The notes: a model not told the origin generated them from the sequence alone. DNA of 40,000 nucleotides from Methylibium sp. (GCF_965279545.1 NZ_OZ257250.1:445005-485004); one strand, 5' to 3'; positions 1 to 10,473 are shown, counted from the stretch's first letter. Numbers and translations: made by a program.

Positions 1-552
1 CGCGGCCAGCGTGTCGAGGTCCGGCCCGCCGCCGCTGCCGACGCGCGACAGCGTCATCACGATCAGGCGCTGCGGCCACAGCGCCGGCGCGTCCCACACG
101 CCGGCCGGGTCGAGCGGCATGCCGTGGCGCTGGTCCAGCGAGAGCAGGGCGCGCGAGGGCGGCTCGAAGCAGCGCGCGAGTTCGTCGCGCGCGCGCAGCG
201 ATTCGCTGCCGAACACCGGCGTGACCCGCGTCGCCGACGGGCCCAGTCGGGACAGCAGCCTCTCGGCGTCGGCGTGCCCGCCGAAGCCGGCATCGAGCCA
301 GAGCTGCAGCGCCGGCCGTGCCTCCAGCAGCGCCGCGACCGTGTCGACCTGCGGGGCGCGGCCCTGCAGTGCATCCAGGTCGGCGACATACAGCGTATCG
401 ATGGCACAGTGTTCGCATAGACGACTGGCCACGGTCAGCGGATCGGCGCTGTGGCACAGGGCCGACTCGATCGGCCGGTAGTGCTGCCGATCGCCGCGCA
501 CCGCGCGGACTACCTGGCCGCCCAGCAGGTCGATGACCGGAATGATGTGCAT
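1..552 (-). CDS. HisA/HisF-family barrel protein of the H4MPT/methanofuran cluster; partial, 3' end lies beyond position 1
   Basis: Own minus-strand translation from ATG at 552: MHIIPVIDLLGGQVVRAVRGDRQHYRPIES... It stays open for 184 codons to position 1, and is absent from the ORF track because no stop lies in the window. The IPVIDL..G..VR N-terminus is typical of HisA/HisF-like proteins. Confidence 0.7.
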   Translation of the reverse strand, partial: MHIIPVIDLLGGQVVRAVRGDRQHYRPIESALCHSADPLTVASRLCEHCAIDTLYVADLDALQGRAPQVDTVAALLEARPALQLWLDAGFGGHADAERLLSRLGPSATRVTPVFGSESLRARDELARCFEPPSRALLSLDQRHGMPLDPAGVWDAPALWPQRLIVMTLSRVGSGGGPDLDTLAA

Positions 553-555
553 AGG

Positions 556-1521
556 ATGAACCCGACTCTCTTCGTCTACGAGTATCTCAGCGGCGGCGGC
601 CGGGGCGCGGCGCCGGGCGATGACGCCGGCCATGCCGAGCTGCTGCGCGCGGGCCGGGCGATGCGGGCGGCGCTGGTGGCCGAGCTGGCCGCACTGCCCG
701 GCCTGGACCTGCGCTACGCCTGCGGCGCCGGGGTCGAAGCGCTGCCCGCCCAGCAGGGGGCGGCGGTGTGCCCGCGGCCCGGCGAAACGCCGGCGGCCTT
801 CGTGCAGCGCGAGGGGGCGGCGCATGAACGCATCTGGGTCGTCGCGCCCGAGAGCGATGGCCTGCTGCTGCAGCTGGCCGAAGCGGTGCCGCCCGCGCGC
901 TGGATCGGCTGCGACCGGGCCACGATCCGCCTGTGCGCCGGCAAGCGGGCCACGCTTGCGCACCTCGCCGCGCAGCGCGTCCCGACGCCATTGGATTTCG
1001 GCGAGGGCGCGACACACTGGGTCGTCAAGCCGGACGATGGCGCCGGCACGCTGGACACGCGACGCCATGCGCAGCGCGCGGCGGCACAGGCCGACTTGTG
1101 GCGGCGCCGCGCGAGCGGCGCGTCGGCCACGGTGGAGCCCTGGGTCGACGGCGAGCCGCTGAGCCTGTCGCTGCTGTGCCAGGGTGGCGAGGCGGAGCTG
1201 CTCAGCATCAACCGCCAGCACATCGACATCGCCGCCGACGGGCAGCTGCACGATGCGGGCGTGGCGATCAACCAGATCACCCTCGACGACGGGCGCGCGC
1301 CGGCGCTGGCCCGCATCGCGCAGGCCGTGGCGCATGCGATGCCCGGGCTGCGCGGCTTCGTCGGCATCGATCTCGTCTGGCATCCGCGGCGCGGGCCGGT
1401 GGTGATCGAGGTCAACCCGCGCCTGACCTGCGCCTTCGTCGGCCTGTCGGCCGCACTCGGGCGCACGCTGGCGGCCGAGATCCTGGCGCTGCACGAGGAG
1501 CCGGCCGATGCCGCCGCCTGA
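556..1521 (+). CDS. ATP-grasp ligase, MfnD-like (tyramine-glutamate ligase family)
   Basis: In-frame ATG at 556 inside ORF 451..1521. N-terminus MNPTLFVYEYLSGGG and C-terminal GFVGIDLV...VIEVNPRLT are ATP-grasp_3-like. It sits among H4MPT/MFR genes. Confidence 0.75.
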   Translation: MNPTLFVYEYLSGGGRGAAPGDDAGHAELLRAGRAMRAALVAELAALPGLDLRYACGAGVEALPAQQGAAVCPRPGETPAAFVQREGAAHERIWVVAPESDGLLLQLAEAVPPARWIGCDRATIRLCAGKRATLAHLAAQRVPTPLDFGEGATHWVVKPDDGAGTLDTRRHAQRAAAQADLWRRRASGASATVEPWVDGEPLSLSLLCQGGEAELLSINRQHIDIAADGQLHDAGVAINQITLDDGRAPALARIAQAVAHAMPGLRGFVGIDLVWHPRRGPVVIEVNPRLTCAFVGLSAALGRTLAAEILALHEEPADAAA

Positions 1522-2569
1522 GTGGGTGCTCGGCTGGGACGTCGGCGGCGCGCACGTCAAGGCCAGCCTGGTCGAGCGCGGCGTGCTGCGCGACGTGGCG
1601 CAATGGGCGTGCCCGCTGTGGCAGGGGCTGGACCGCCTGGAAGCGGTGCTCGCCGCGGCGCAGGCACGCTGGCCTGGCGCGGCCGGCGCGGCGCATGCGG
1701 TCACGATGACCGGCGAGATGGTCGACCTGTTCGAGCACCGCGAGGCCGGCGTTCACGCACTGGCCGGCCTGCTGGGCGCGGCGCTCCACGGGCCGCTGTG
1801 GTTCTACGCCGGCGAGCGCGGCTGGTGCGCCGCGCCGGACGTGGCGGCGCGGTGGCAGGACATCGCGTCGGCCAACTGGCGGGCCACGGCCGCGCTGGCG
1901 GCGCAGGCCGTCGGCGACGGCGTGCTGGTCGACATCGGCAGCACCACCGCCGACCTGATCCCGCTGCGCGGCGGCGAGGTGGGCGCGCGAGGCCGCAGCG
2001 ACGCGGAGCGCCTGGTCGGCGGCGAACTCGTCTACCAGGGCGTGGTGCGCACGCCGCTGTGTGCGATCGCGCCGCGCGTCGCGTTCCGCGGCCGTGTGTC
2101 GAACGTGATGAACGAGTTCTTCGCGACCACCGCCGACGTCTACCGGCTCACTGGCGAACTCGACCCGGCGCACGATCTGCATCCGGCCGCCGACGGCAGC
2201 GACAAGGGGGCTGCCGCGACGCGCCAGCGCCTGGCCCGGATGATCGGCCTCGATGCGCGCGACGCGCACGAGACCGACTGGCTCGCCTTCGCGCAGGCCT
2301 GGCGCAGCAAGCAGCTCGACGAGCTCCAGGGTCAGCTCGAACGCGTGATCGCCGCCGCCGCGCTGCCGGCCGCGGCGCCGCTGGTCGCCGCCGGTTGCGG
2401 CGACTTCCTGGTCGCGGCGCTGGCCGAGCGGCTCGCCCGCCCCTGCCGCAGCTTCGCTGCGCTGGTGCTGGACGACGCGCCGCAGGCCGGCGAAGCGCTG
2501 CGGCGCCGGGCCCAGGTCGGCGCCCCCAGCGTGGCCGTCGGCCTGCTGTTCAGCCGGGGGGCGGGCTGA
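1508..2569 (+). CDS. hydantoinase/oxoprolinase-like H4MPT-linked C1-transfer protein (MfnF-like)
   Basis: ORF 1508..2569. WDVGGAHVKAS near the N-terminus and DIGSTTADLIP are ASKHA/hydantoinase-like motifs. Overlaps the upstream gene by 14 nt. Confidence 0.7.
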   Translation: MPPPEWVLGWDVGGAHVKASLVERGVLRDVAQWACPLWQGLDRLEAVLAAAQARWPGAAGAAHAVTMTGEMVDLFEHREAGVHALAGLLGAALHGPLWFYAGERGWCAAPDVAARWQDIASANWRATAALAAQAVGDGVLVDIGSTTADLIPLRGGEVGARGRSDAERLVGGELVYQGVVRTPLCAIAPRVAFRGRVSNVMNEFFATTADVYRLTGELDPAHDLHPAADGSDKGAAATRQRLARMIGLDARDAHETDWLAFAQAWRSKQLDELQGQLERVIAAAALPAAAPLVAAGCGDFLVAALAERLARPCRSFAALVLDDAPQAGEALRRRAQVGAPSVAVGLLFSRGAG

Positions 2570-3177
2570 TGTGGGTCGTCAAGCTCGGCGGCAGCCTGAA
2601 CCAGGATGCCTTGCTGCCTCAGTGGCTCGAACTGCTGGCCGAGCTCGGTGGTGGTCGCGTGATCGTCGTGCCGGGCGGTGGCGCGTTTGCCGAGCAGGCG
2701 CGCGAAGCGCAGGCGCAGTGGCAGTTCGACGATCTGGCGGCCCACAACATGGCCGTGCTCGGCATGGCGCAGACGGCGCTGATGCTGCAGGGCCTGTGCC
2801 CCGCCTTGCAGGCCGCCGCCGGCGAGCAGCCGCTGCGCCGCGTGCTGCTGAGCGGCCAGCCGGCGCTGTGGCTGCCGCTGGACCTGCTGCGCGGCCGGGC
2901 CGATGAGCTGACGAACTGGCGCGTGAGTTCCGACAGCCTCGCGCTGTGGCTGGCGCAGCGGCTGCATGCCGAGCGGCTGCTGGTCGTCAAGTCCTGCGAC
3001 ATCGACGGGCGGCGCACGCTGGCGCAACTGAGCGAAGCCGGGGTGCTCGACGCCGAGTTCGCGACCCGTGCCCGCAACGCCGCCTTCCCGATCGACCTGC
3101 TGCACAAGAGCGAACTGGCGCGGGCCCGCGACCTGCTGCTCGACGAGACGCTCAGCTGCCGGCCGTTCGCGGTGTAG
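2569..3177 (+). CDS. amino-acid (Asp/Glu/uridylate) kinase family protein, MfnE-like
   Basis: ATG at 2569 overlaps the upstream TGA by 1 nt. MWVVKLGGSL...VIVVPGGGAFA is the AA-kinase N-terminal signature. Confidence 0.7.
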   Translation: MWVVKLGGSLNQDALLPQWLELLAELGGGRVIVVPGGGAFAEQAREAQAQWQFDDLAAHNMAVLGMAQTALMLQGLCPALQAAAGEQPLRRVLLSGQPALWLPLDLLRGRADELTNWRVSSDSLALWLAQRLHAERLLVVKSCDIDGRRTLAQLSEAGVLDAEFATRARNAAFPIDLLHKSELARARDLLLDETLSCRPFAV

Positions 3178-3187
3178 GCCTGCAGTG

Positions 3188-3234
3188 CCTGGCCCAAGCT
3201 TCAATCGGATGCGTTTGAATGCAATCCCGTATCA
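3188..3234 (-). repeat. stop-codon-adjacent conserved motif, copy A
   Basis: Read on the minus strand from the mfnB-like stop: TGATACGG GATTGCATTCAAACGCATC CGATTGAAGCT TGGGCCAGG. The 17-nt core TTGCATTCAAACGCATC is identical to copy C. About 80% similar to copy B. Confidence 0.6.
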
Positions 3235-3915
3235 CGCCGGCTGCGCCGCGTCTTCGCACTGCAGCCGATCGCGCAAGGCACGAACGCGCTGCGGATCGAG
3301 CGCCGCGGTGCGCGCGCCGTTGCATACGGCGCTGCGAAAGCCCGCGAAGTCCGGTGCGATGGCCTGCAGCCGCGGCAGGTGTTCGAAGCGCAGCGCGCCC
3401 GCCAGTCCGCACAGCTTGCCGCCGCGGCGCACCTGCGTGACGAAGCGCCGCAACTGCGCTTCGCTCGCGAGGTCGAACAGGCTGCCGCGCGCCTTGTCGT
3501 CGGTGTCGAGCATCAGCGCCGGGAAGGCCAGCGCGCCGGCCCGCGCCAGTAGCGCCGTGTCGATGCCGTGATCGGCGATGAACACCGGCACCACGGCGTG
3601 GCCGCAGACCGCCAGCGCATCCAGCAGCGCGTGCTGGCCGGGCGCGACACCGACCTTCACGTAGTCGACCCCGCAGGCCGCGGTCGCGGCCACGCGGTCG
3701 AGCACCGCGTCCATGCCGGCGCAATCGCCGATCGTCGCGCTGATCGGACGACGCCCGCGCTCGCGCTGCAGCGCGGCGACGATGGCCTCGGTCGTGGCCA
3801 GCGGCAGCGCACCCAGGGCGCCGCCAGACGGCTCCTTCAGGTCGATGAAATCCGCGCCGGCCGCGGCCGCGGCCAGCGCCTCGTCGACGCTGCGCACACT
3901 GACGAGCAGCTTCAT
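3232..3915 (-). CDS. mfnB: (5-formylfuran-3-yl)methyl phosphate synthase, MfnB-like (DUF556)
   Basis: ATG at 3915 within ORF 3232..4518. MKLLVSVRSVDEALAAAAAGADFIDLKEPSGGALGA...ISATIGD...VDYVKVGV parallels archaeal MfnB as I recall it. Confidence 0.75.
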   Translation of the reverse strand: MKLLVSVRSVDEALAAAAAGADFIDLKEPSGGALGALPLATTEAIVAALQRERGRRPISATIGDCAGMDAVLDRVAATAACGVDYVKVGVAPGQHALLDALAVCGHAVVPVFIADHGIDTALLARAGALAFPALMLDTDDKARGSLFDLASEAQLRRFVTQVRRGGKLCGLAGALRFEHLPRLQAIAPDFAGFRSAVCNGARTAALDPQRVRALRDRLQCEDAAQPA

Positions 3916-4502
3916 GCGCCGACTCCGGCCTGGACGCGCTGGCGCGCCACGGCCTCGCGCAGCCAGCCCCAGGCTTCGTGCTCCTCGGGGCCGGCGGTCT
4001 TGTCGATGGCGATCTGCAGGTAGTCCATTTCGGTGTCGATCTTCCCGGGGGCCAGCATCTGCAGGCGACTCACCAGCACCGCGCCTTCGATCACGGCGGC
4101 CTGGGCGCGGTTGAAGCCGGGGAAGGGGGCGTGCGTCAGGTCGAGCACGCGCCTCAGGGTGAGGGTGGGCCGCTCGGCATGGTCGTTGTCGTGCAGCAGC
4201 GCCAGTTCGCTGTGCGCCAGGGCGTTGGCCAGCCGCTGCCCGGCGAAGGACTGCACCGGCAGCAGCGGCCAGCTGCGCGCGCCAAGCCAGCGCGCACACA
4301 CCGCGCCGGCGAACACGCGCGTGTCGGTGGTGAGGTTCAGCACCGCGTGCCGGGTGGTGCGCAGGTTGTCGAGCGTGGCACTGGGCTTGAAGGGCATCAG
4401 CACGACGTGCCCGTCGCGGTAGCGCACGCCGAACGGCGCAATGTGCGGCGTGCCGTCGGCAGCGACGGTCGTGACCACGGTTTCGAAGATCTGGTCGTTC
4501 AT
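3912..4502 (-). CDS. DUF447-family (flavin-reductase-like fold) protein of the H4MPT cluster
   Basis: ORF 3912..4502. IFETVVTTVAADGTPHIAPFGV resembles the DUF447 N-terminus. ATGA overlaps at both ends. Confidence 0.65.
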   Translation of the reverse strand: MNDQIFETVVTTVAADGTPHIAPFGVRYRDGHVVLMPFKPSATLDNLRTTRHAVLNLTTDTRVFAGAVCARWLGARSWPLLPVQSFAGQRLANALAHSELALLHDNDHAERPTLTLRRVLDLTHAPFPGFNRAQAAVIEGAVLVSRLQMLAPGKIDTEMDYLQIAIDKTAGPEEHEAWGWLREAVARQRVQAGVGA

Positions 4503-6016
4503 GGGGTCTTGCCCTCACCCCCGCCCTCTCCCGCTGGCGCAGGAGAGGGAGCTACTCCCTCGCCCCGTTCACGGGGAGAGGGTGGGGGTGAGGGGGTGTT
4601 CTTGCTGCCGTGGGTCATCGTCGTTCCGGGGGCGCACCAGGCCTCCAGGTCGTCGGCGCGCCGCACGGTGGCGACGCCCCAGTCGAGCGGCTGGTCCTGC
4701 ACGTAGCGCTTGCCCAGCCGCCATGCGATCTCGGCACGTGCAAGTTCCACGCCCATGTAGAAGGCGTGCGCGGCATCGTCTTCGAGCCCCAGCTGCGGCC
4801 ACAGCGCGAAGGCGTCCTGCGCCCGCCGCAGGCCGTCGCGGTTGTAGACGTGCAGGCCGTCGGGCGAGACCTGCACGCGGAAGTTCGGGTCGCGCACCTG
4901 GGCGGCGGTGGCCGCGATCTCCTGCGCGGTGTCGGGAAACGGATGCTTGGCATGCACCGTCATCAGCGCGTCGCTCATGCCCTTGGGCAGGGTGCTGTGG
5001 CGCGAGGCGGCATGCATGATGCGCCGCGCGAGGTCGGCTTCGGCGACGGCGCGGCGTGCGTGTTGGCTCACCTGCGTGGTCAGCACGGCCGCCACGTCGA
5101 GCTCGGCGCACAGGCCGAACAGCAGGGCGTTGATGCCGCTGGTGTCGGCCTCGGTCAGCTCGGTGATGTTGCCCACGCCCATCATGATCGGCGCCTCCGG
5201 GTAGCGCTCGCGCAGCGCGTGGTAGCGCACGATGGAGCGGGTGAAGCCGAACGGGATGGGGTCGAGGATCGGGTCGGCGAGGTAGGGCTTGCCGCGCCGC
5301 TCCATCGTCTCGATCGCCTCGTGCAGCGTGGCCATGTCGGCCTGGTCGCTGGCGATCAGCACCGGCACCGCGGCCACCTCGTCGGCGATCCACAGCGTCT
5401 CGAGCTTCAGGCTCAGCAGGTAGTCGGCGCCGGCGCGGCCGCCGCGCAGCAGCTCGTCGGCACTCATCGAGTCGACGCTGACGTTCCAGCCCTCGGCCTT
5501 CAGCGCCTTCACGCTGTCTTCCAGGTGATCGAAGGGCGTGGCCGGCAGGCAGCCGAGGTCGATCACGTCGGCACCGTCGGCGATGAGCGCGCGCGCCCGC
5601 TCGACGATCGCGGCCACCGTCAGCCGCGGCGCATCGACGATCTCCGCGAAGATCGCCACCTGGTATTCGCTCAGGTCGATCGGCTGGGCCGCGCGGTTGA
5701 AGAAGCGCGGCAGGTCCTTCAGTTCCTCCGGCCCGCGTTGCACCGGCACGCCGTAGTGGGTACTCAGCGCGTCCACGTCGCCGCGGCAGCGGCCAGGCAC
5801 GAGGATGCGGTCCACGCGGCGCGGCCGGCCTTCGGCATCGTGGCCGGCCAGCGGTGCGGTGACGCGGCGCCGGATCATGTCGGCCGTCATCAGCGCCGCG
5901 ACCTGCAGGCCGATCTCGCGCACCTCGTAGCTGAAGGCCGGCGGCTCGATGCCGGCGAGCACGCGCTCCAGGCTGGGCTGCGCCAGCCGGCCGGTCAGGA
6001 AGACGATGTGTTCCAT
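4499..6016 (-). CDS. dihydropteroate-synthase-like pterin-binding protein (H4MPT biosynthesis)
   Basis: ATG at 6016 (MEHIVFLTGRLAQPSLERV...) within ORF 4499..6292. The DVIDLGC pterin-binding-type segment is present. The last ~30 codons are encoded by the REP-like element. Confidence 0.75.
   Translation of the reverse strand: MEHIVFLTGRLAQPSLERVLAGIEPPAFSYEVREIGLQVAALMTADMIRRRVTAPLAGHDAEGRPRRVDRILVPGRCRGDVDALSTHYGVPVQRGPEELKDLPRFFNRAAQPIDLSEYQVAIFAEIVDAPRLTVAAIVERARALIADGADVIDLGCLPATPFDHLEDSVKALKAEGWNVSVDSMSADELLRGGRAGADYLLSLKLETLWIADEVAAVPVLIASDQADMATLHEAIETMERRGKPYLADPILDPIPFGFTRSIVRYHALRERYPEAPIMMGVGNITELTEADTSGINALLFGLCAELDVAAVLTTQVSQHARRAVAEADLARRIMHAASRHSTLPKGMSDALMTVHAKHPFPDTAQEIAATAAQVRDPNFRVQVSPDGLHVYNRDGLRRAQDAFALWPQLGLEDDAAHAFYMGVELARAEIAWRLGKRYVQDQPLDWGVATVRRADDLEAWCAPGTTMTHGSKNTPSPPPSPRERGEGVAPSPAPAGEGGGEGKTP
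4511..4596. repeat. REP-like nested palindromic element
   Basis: Outer inverted repeat: gccctcacccccgccctctcccg (4511-4533) against cggggagagggtgggggtgaggggg (4572-4596), one mismatch. Inner hairpin: GAGGGAG-cta-CTCCCTC (4545-4561). Confidence 0.8.
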
Positions 6017-6625
6017 GCGAGGTTCAGCGTCTTCAGCCGCGCGTCGAGTGCCGCTTCGAGTTCGGCCGGCGAGCTCAGCACCTGGCAGAAGTCGATCTGC
6101 CGCAGGCGCTCGACGTTGTCGAGCTCGATGCGCCGCGGCCTCAGCGTGAGCCATTCGCTCGCATGGCTGCGCGGCGCCTTGGTGATGACCACCGGCTCGG
6201 TGTCGCAGGCGAACACCAGGCTGGGCACGCCGAGCTTGCCGGCCTGCGCGAACATGTTGGTCGGCAGCGTGTCCGACAGCCCGAACGCGCACTTGGCGAC
6301 GGTGTTGCTCGTCGCCGGTGCGATCACCACGGTGTGATAGGCCTCGGCGTACAGCCGCCCGACCGGCACCGAGCTCGCGCTCTTGTCGCGGAACACGCGA
6401 AAGCGTTCGCGCAATGCCTCCAGGCGCATGCCGTACAGCGGCAGCACCTCGTCAGCCGCCCCCGACAGGAACAGGTCGACGTTGGGCAGCCGTGCCGCCA
6501 GCGCCATCGACTCCTCGAGGTAGTGCCCGGAGCCGGTCACGCACCACGCGAAGCGCGAACCCGGCGGGTCGTCGGCGGCCGGCGCGTGCTCGTCGCCCAG
6601 CGCTGCCGCCCAGCGCTTCGCCGCC

Positions 6626-8686
<2,061 letters not shown>

Positions 8687-8922
8687 GCTGTCTCCTTAGT
8701 GTTCATGACCGAACGCACGCGGCACTGGCGGTTCGCCAGGGGCCCGGGCGCCATGCCGGTTGCCGCCGGCGATGGTCTCCAGGACCGTTCAGCTTGTCCC
8801 TCACGGGGTCATTGCGTCCCGATTCTGACGCGTCGCTTCGGGGCCTCGTAGGGGGTGGAAGCCCGGGGAGCGGTGTCGAAGTGTTCCAAAATCTGGCATG
8901 GTCCGGGTCTTGCACCCGCAAG

Positions 8923-9444
8923 ATGGTCTTTCAGCACCAGGAGTCGCCCTTGATCGCCGCCCCCCGCCCGCAGCTGCAGTTCACCGCCTCCGACGCCGGC
9001 CGCGATGCCGAAGCGCTGGACCTGATCTTCATCGAAGGTTTCACCGGCCAGACGGTCATCGGCATCCACGACAGCGAACTGCACCGGCCGCAGACCCTGC
9101 GCATCGACGTGACGGCCGGTCTGCCGCGTCCGCGCGCCTGCGACACCGACCGCATCGGCGACACGATCGACTACGGCGTGGTGCGCGAGCGGCTGCAGCG
9201 CCTGCTGAAGGAGCACAGGCTCACGCTGCTGGAGTCCTTTGCCGAAACGGTGGCCGACATCCTGCTCCACGAGTTCGGTGCGCACTGGGTGCGCGTGGTG
9301 GTCGTCAAGCCGAAGAAGTTCGACGATGTCGAGTCGGTGGGCGTGGCGATCGAGCGCCGCCGCGCACCGGAGCCGACGGGCGGGCGCAGCGCCACGGTGC
9401 TGTCGCTGATCGGTGCCGGCATGGTGCCGCCGGGCGGCGCCTGA
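8923..9444 (+). CDS. dihydroneopterin aldolase (FolB) family protein
   Basis: ATG at 8923 in the frame of ORF 8314..9444. LDLIFIEGFTGQTVIGIHDSE...DYGVVRERL is FolB-like. Confidence 0.7.
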   Translation: MVFQHQESPLIAAPRPQLQFTASDAGRDAEALDLIFIEGFTGQTVIGIHDSELHRPQTLRIDVTAGLPRPRACDTDRIGDTIDYGVVRERLQRLLKEHRLTLLESFAETVADILLHEFGAHWVRVVVVKPKKFDDVESVGVAIERRRAPEPTGGRSATVLSLIGAGMVPPGGA

Positions 9445-9490
9445 TACGGTAGCGTTGCCTTCAACCGCACCCGATTGAAGCTCGGGCAGG
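9442..9490 (+). repeat. stop-codon-adjacent conserved motif, copy B (diverged)
   Basis: Starts at the folB-like stop: TGATACGG TAGCGTTGCCTTCAACCGCAC CCGATTGAAGCT CGGGCAGG. Aligns with the reverse complement of 3188-3234. Confidence 0.55.
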
Positions 9491-9508
9491 GGCTCGTTGC
9501 GGCCGTTC

Positions 9509-9522
9509 GTGTGTGTGTGTGT
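9509..9522. repeat. (GT)7 dinucleotide microsatellite
   Basis: gtgtgtgtgtgtgt, read directly in intergenic DNA. Confidence 0.9.
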
Positions 9523-9577
9523 TGAGGTTCGAAGCGTCTCAATGCCTGCCACCTGCCTTGACCGCGCGCTGCTGACC

Positions 9578-9748
9578 AGGCCGCCGGGCGAACGGCTCCG
9601 TTCGTGTCCCCCGGCGTCGGCCTCGCGGCCGACCCCTCCTCCTCCTCTACCTCACTGCGCCGTTCACCCGACGCCCTGGTCAGCACGAATCACTGTAGCC
9701 TGCGCAGGCCGTCAAGTCCCGGCTGGCCGCGGTGGTGGCAGCGCTGGG
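9578..9748 (+). repeat. dispersed ~170-bp intergenic repeat, copy 1
   Basis: Aligns with 30691-30858. The first ~110 nt are roughly 85-90% identical by eye and the last 24 nt (ggccgcggtggtggcagcgctggg) are identical. Confidence 0.8.
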
Positions 9749-9765
9749 ACGGGTTGCTGTGTGGA

Positions 9766-9827
9766 GTGAAGTAAAGGAGGAGGGCCGGGCGGTAGCCCGG
9801 ACCGGGGGACATGAACGCAACACAGCG
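9766..9827 (+). repeat. inverted copy of the left arm of the dispersed repeat
   Basis: GTGAAGTAAAGGAGGAGG...ACCGGGGGACAT is the approximate reverse complement of 9592-9655 (GTGTCCCCCGG...CCTCCTCCTCTACCTCAC). Together they give a ~235-nt long-hairpin or MITE-like architecture. Confidence 0.65.
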
Positions 9828-9876
9828 ACCCGGCGCAGCGCCCCCGCTGACATGTGACAGTCAGCTTTCCGGGTAA

Positions 9877-9912
9877 AACAAAAGCCGACCGGGCAACCGG
9901 TCGGCTTTTGTT
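9877..9912. terminator. bidirectional rho-independent terminator (fae, and the folB-like side)
   Basis: 10-bp stem AGCCGACCGG/CCGGTCGGCT with a GCAA loop. An A-run lies upstream and TTTTGTT downstream, so a U-tract follows on both strands. Confidence 0.8.
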
Positions 9913-9963
9913 CGTGAAGGTCCGAGGCTCAGCGCGCCAGGGCGCGCCTCGCCCCGGCCGGCA

Positions 9964-10473
9964 TCACTTGGCCGCGAACGGGTGAGCGGAGCTGCCCTTC
10001 TTGGCGACCACTTCACGGGCGGTCGGCGAGCCGGACACGGCGCGCTTGATCGACTCCTTGACGGCCTGGTAGTTGTAGTCCTGGATCTTCTTGTCGTCTT
10101 CGGCCAGCCAGTGGATGAAGACACCGACGCAGACGAACAGGTTGTCGGCTTCGTCGGCGGGGATGGTGCCGTCTTCGACGCAATCGGCCACCGCCATGGC
10201 CACGCCGCGCTGGGCTGGGCCGAACATCTGCACGGCCTGCTTCGCGCCCTTGATCGTGACCTTGTTGAACATCACGGTTGCGGGCTTGGTCAGCAGGTTG
10301 GGGGCCACCACGGCGAGCAGCGAGGTGAAGCCATCCTTGTTGTTGACGAGCGCGTTGGCGAACGCGGTCTCGGCAGCACTGCCGCGCGGCCCGATCAGCA
10401 GGTCGATGTGAGCCACTTCGTTGCCATCGCCGACGAGCGATTCGCCGACCATCATCCGGTCAATCTTTGCCAT
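9964..10473 (-). CDS. fae: formaldehyde-activating enzyme
   Basis: 169 aa, [32 protein letters not shown]..., which I recognise as Fae. GGAGA Shine-Dalgarno sequence lies upstream of the ATG. Confidence 0.95.
   Translation of the reverse strand: MAKIDRMMVGESLVGDGNEVAHIDLLIGPRGSAAETAFANALVNNKDGFTSLLAVVAPNLLTKPATVMFNKVTIKGAKQAVQMFGPAQRGVAMAVADCVEDGTIPADEADNLFVCVGVFIHWLAEDDKKIQDYNYQAVKESIKRAVSGSPTAREVVAKKGSSAHPFAAK

Noticed and set aside
8894-8914. TGGCAT...TCTTGCA sigma54-like boxes just upstream of the folB-like ATG.
   Set aside because: The GG-to-GC offset is 17 nt rather than the invariant 12 (GG-N10-GC). The element would also leave only ~10 nt before the start codon.
9521-9545. GGTTCGAAG resembling a tRNA T-arm.
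   Set aside because: No acceptor, D or anticodon stems can be built around it. It forms only a 5-bp local hairpin (TTGAG/CTCAA).
9171-9686. Minus-strand ORFs 9171..9686 and 30227..30796, which share the N-terminus ML(T/A)RASGE(R/W)RSEV...
   Set aside because: The similarity follows the boundaries of the DNA repeat. The ORFs overlap real genes antisense and have low-complexity translations.
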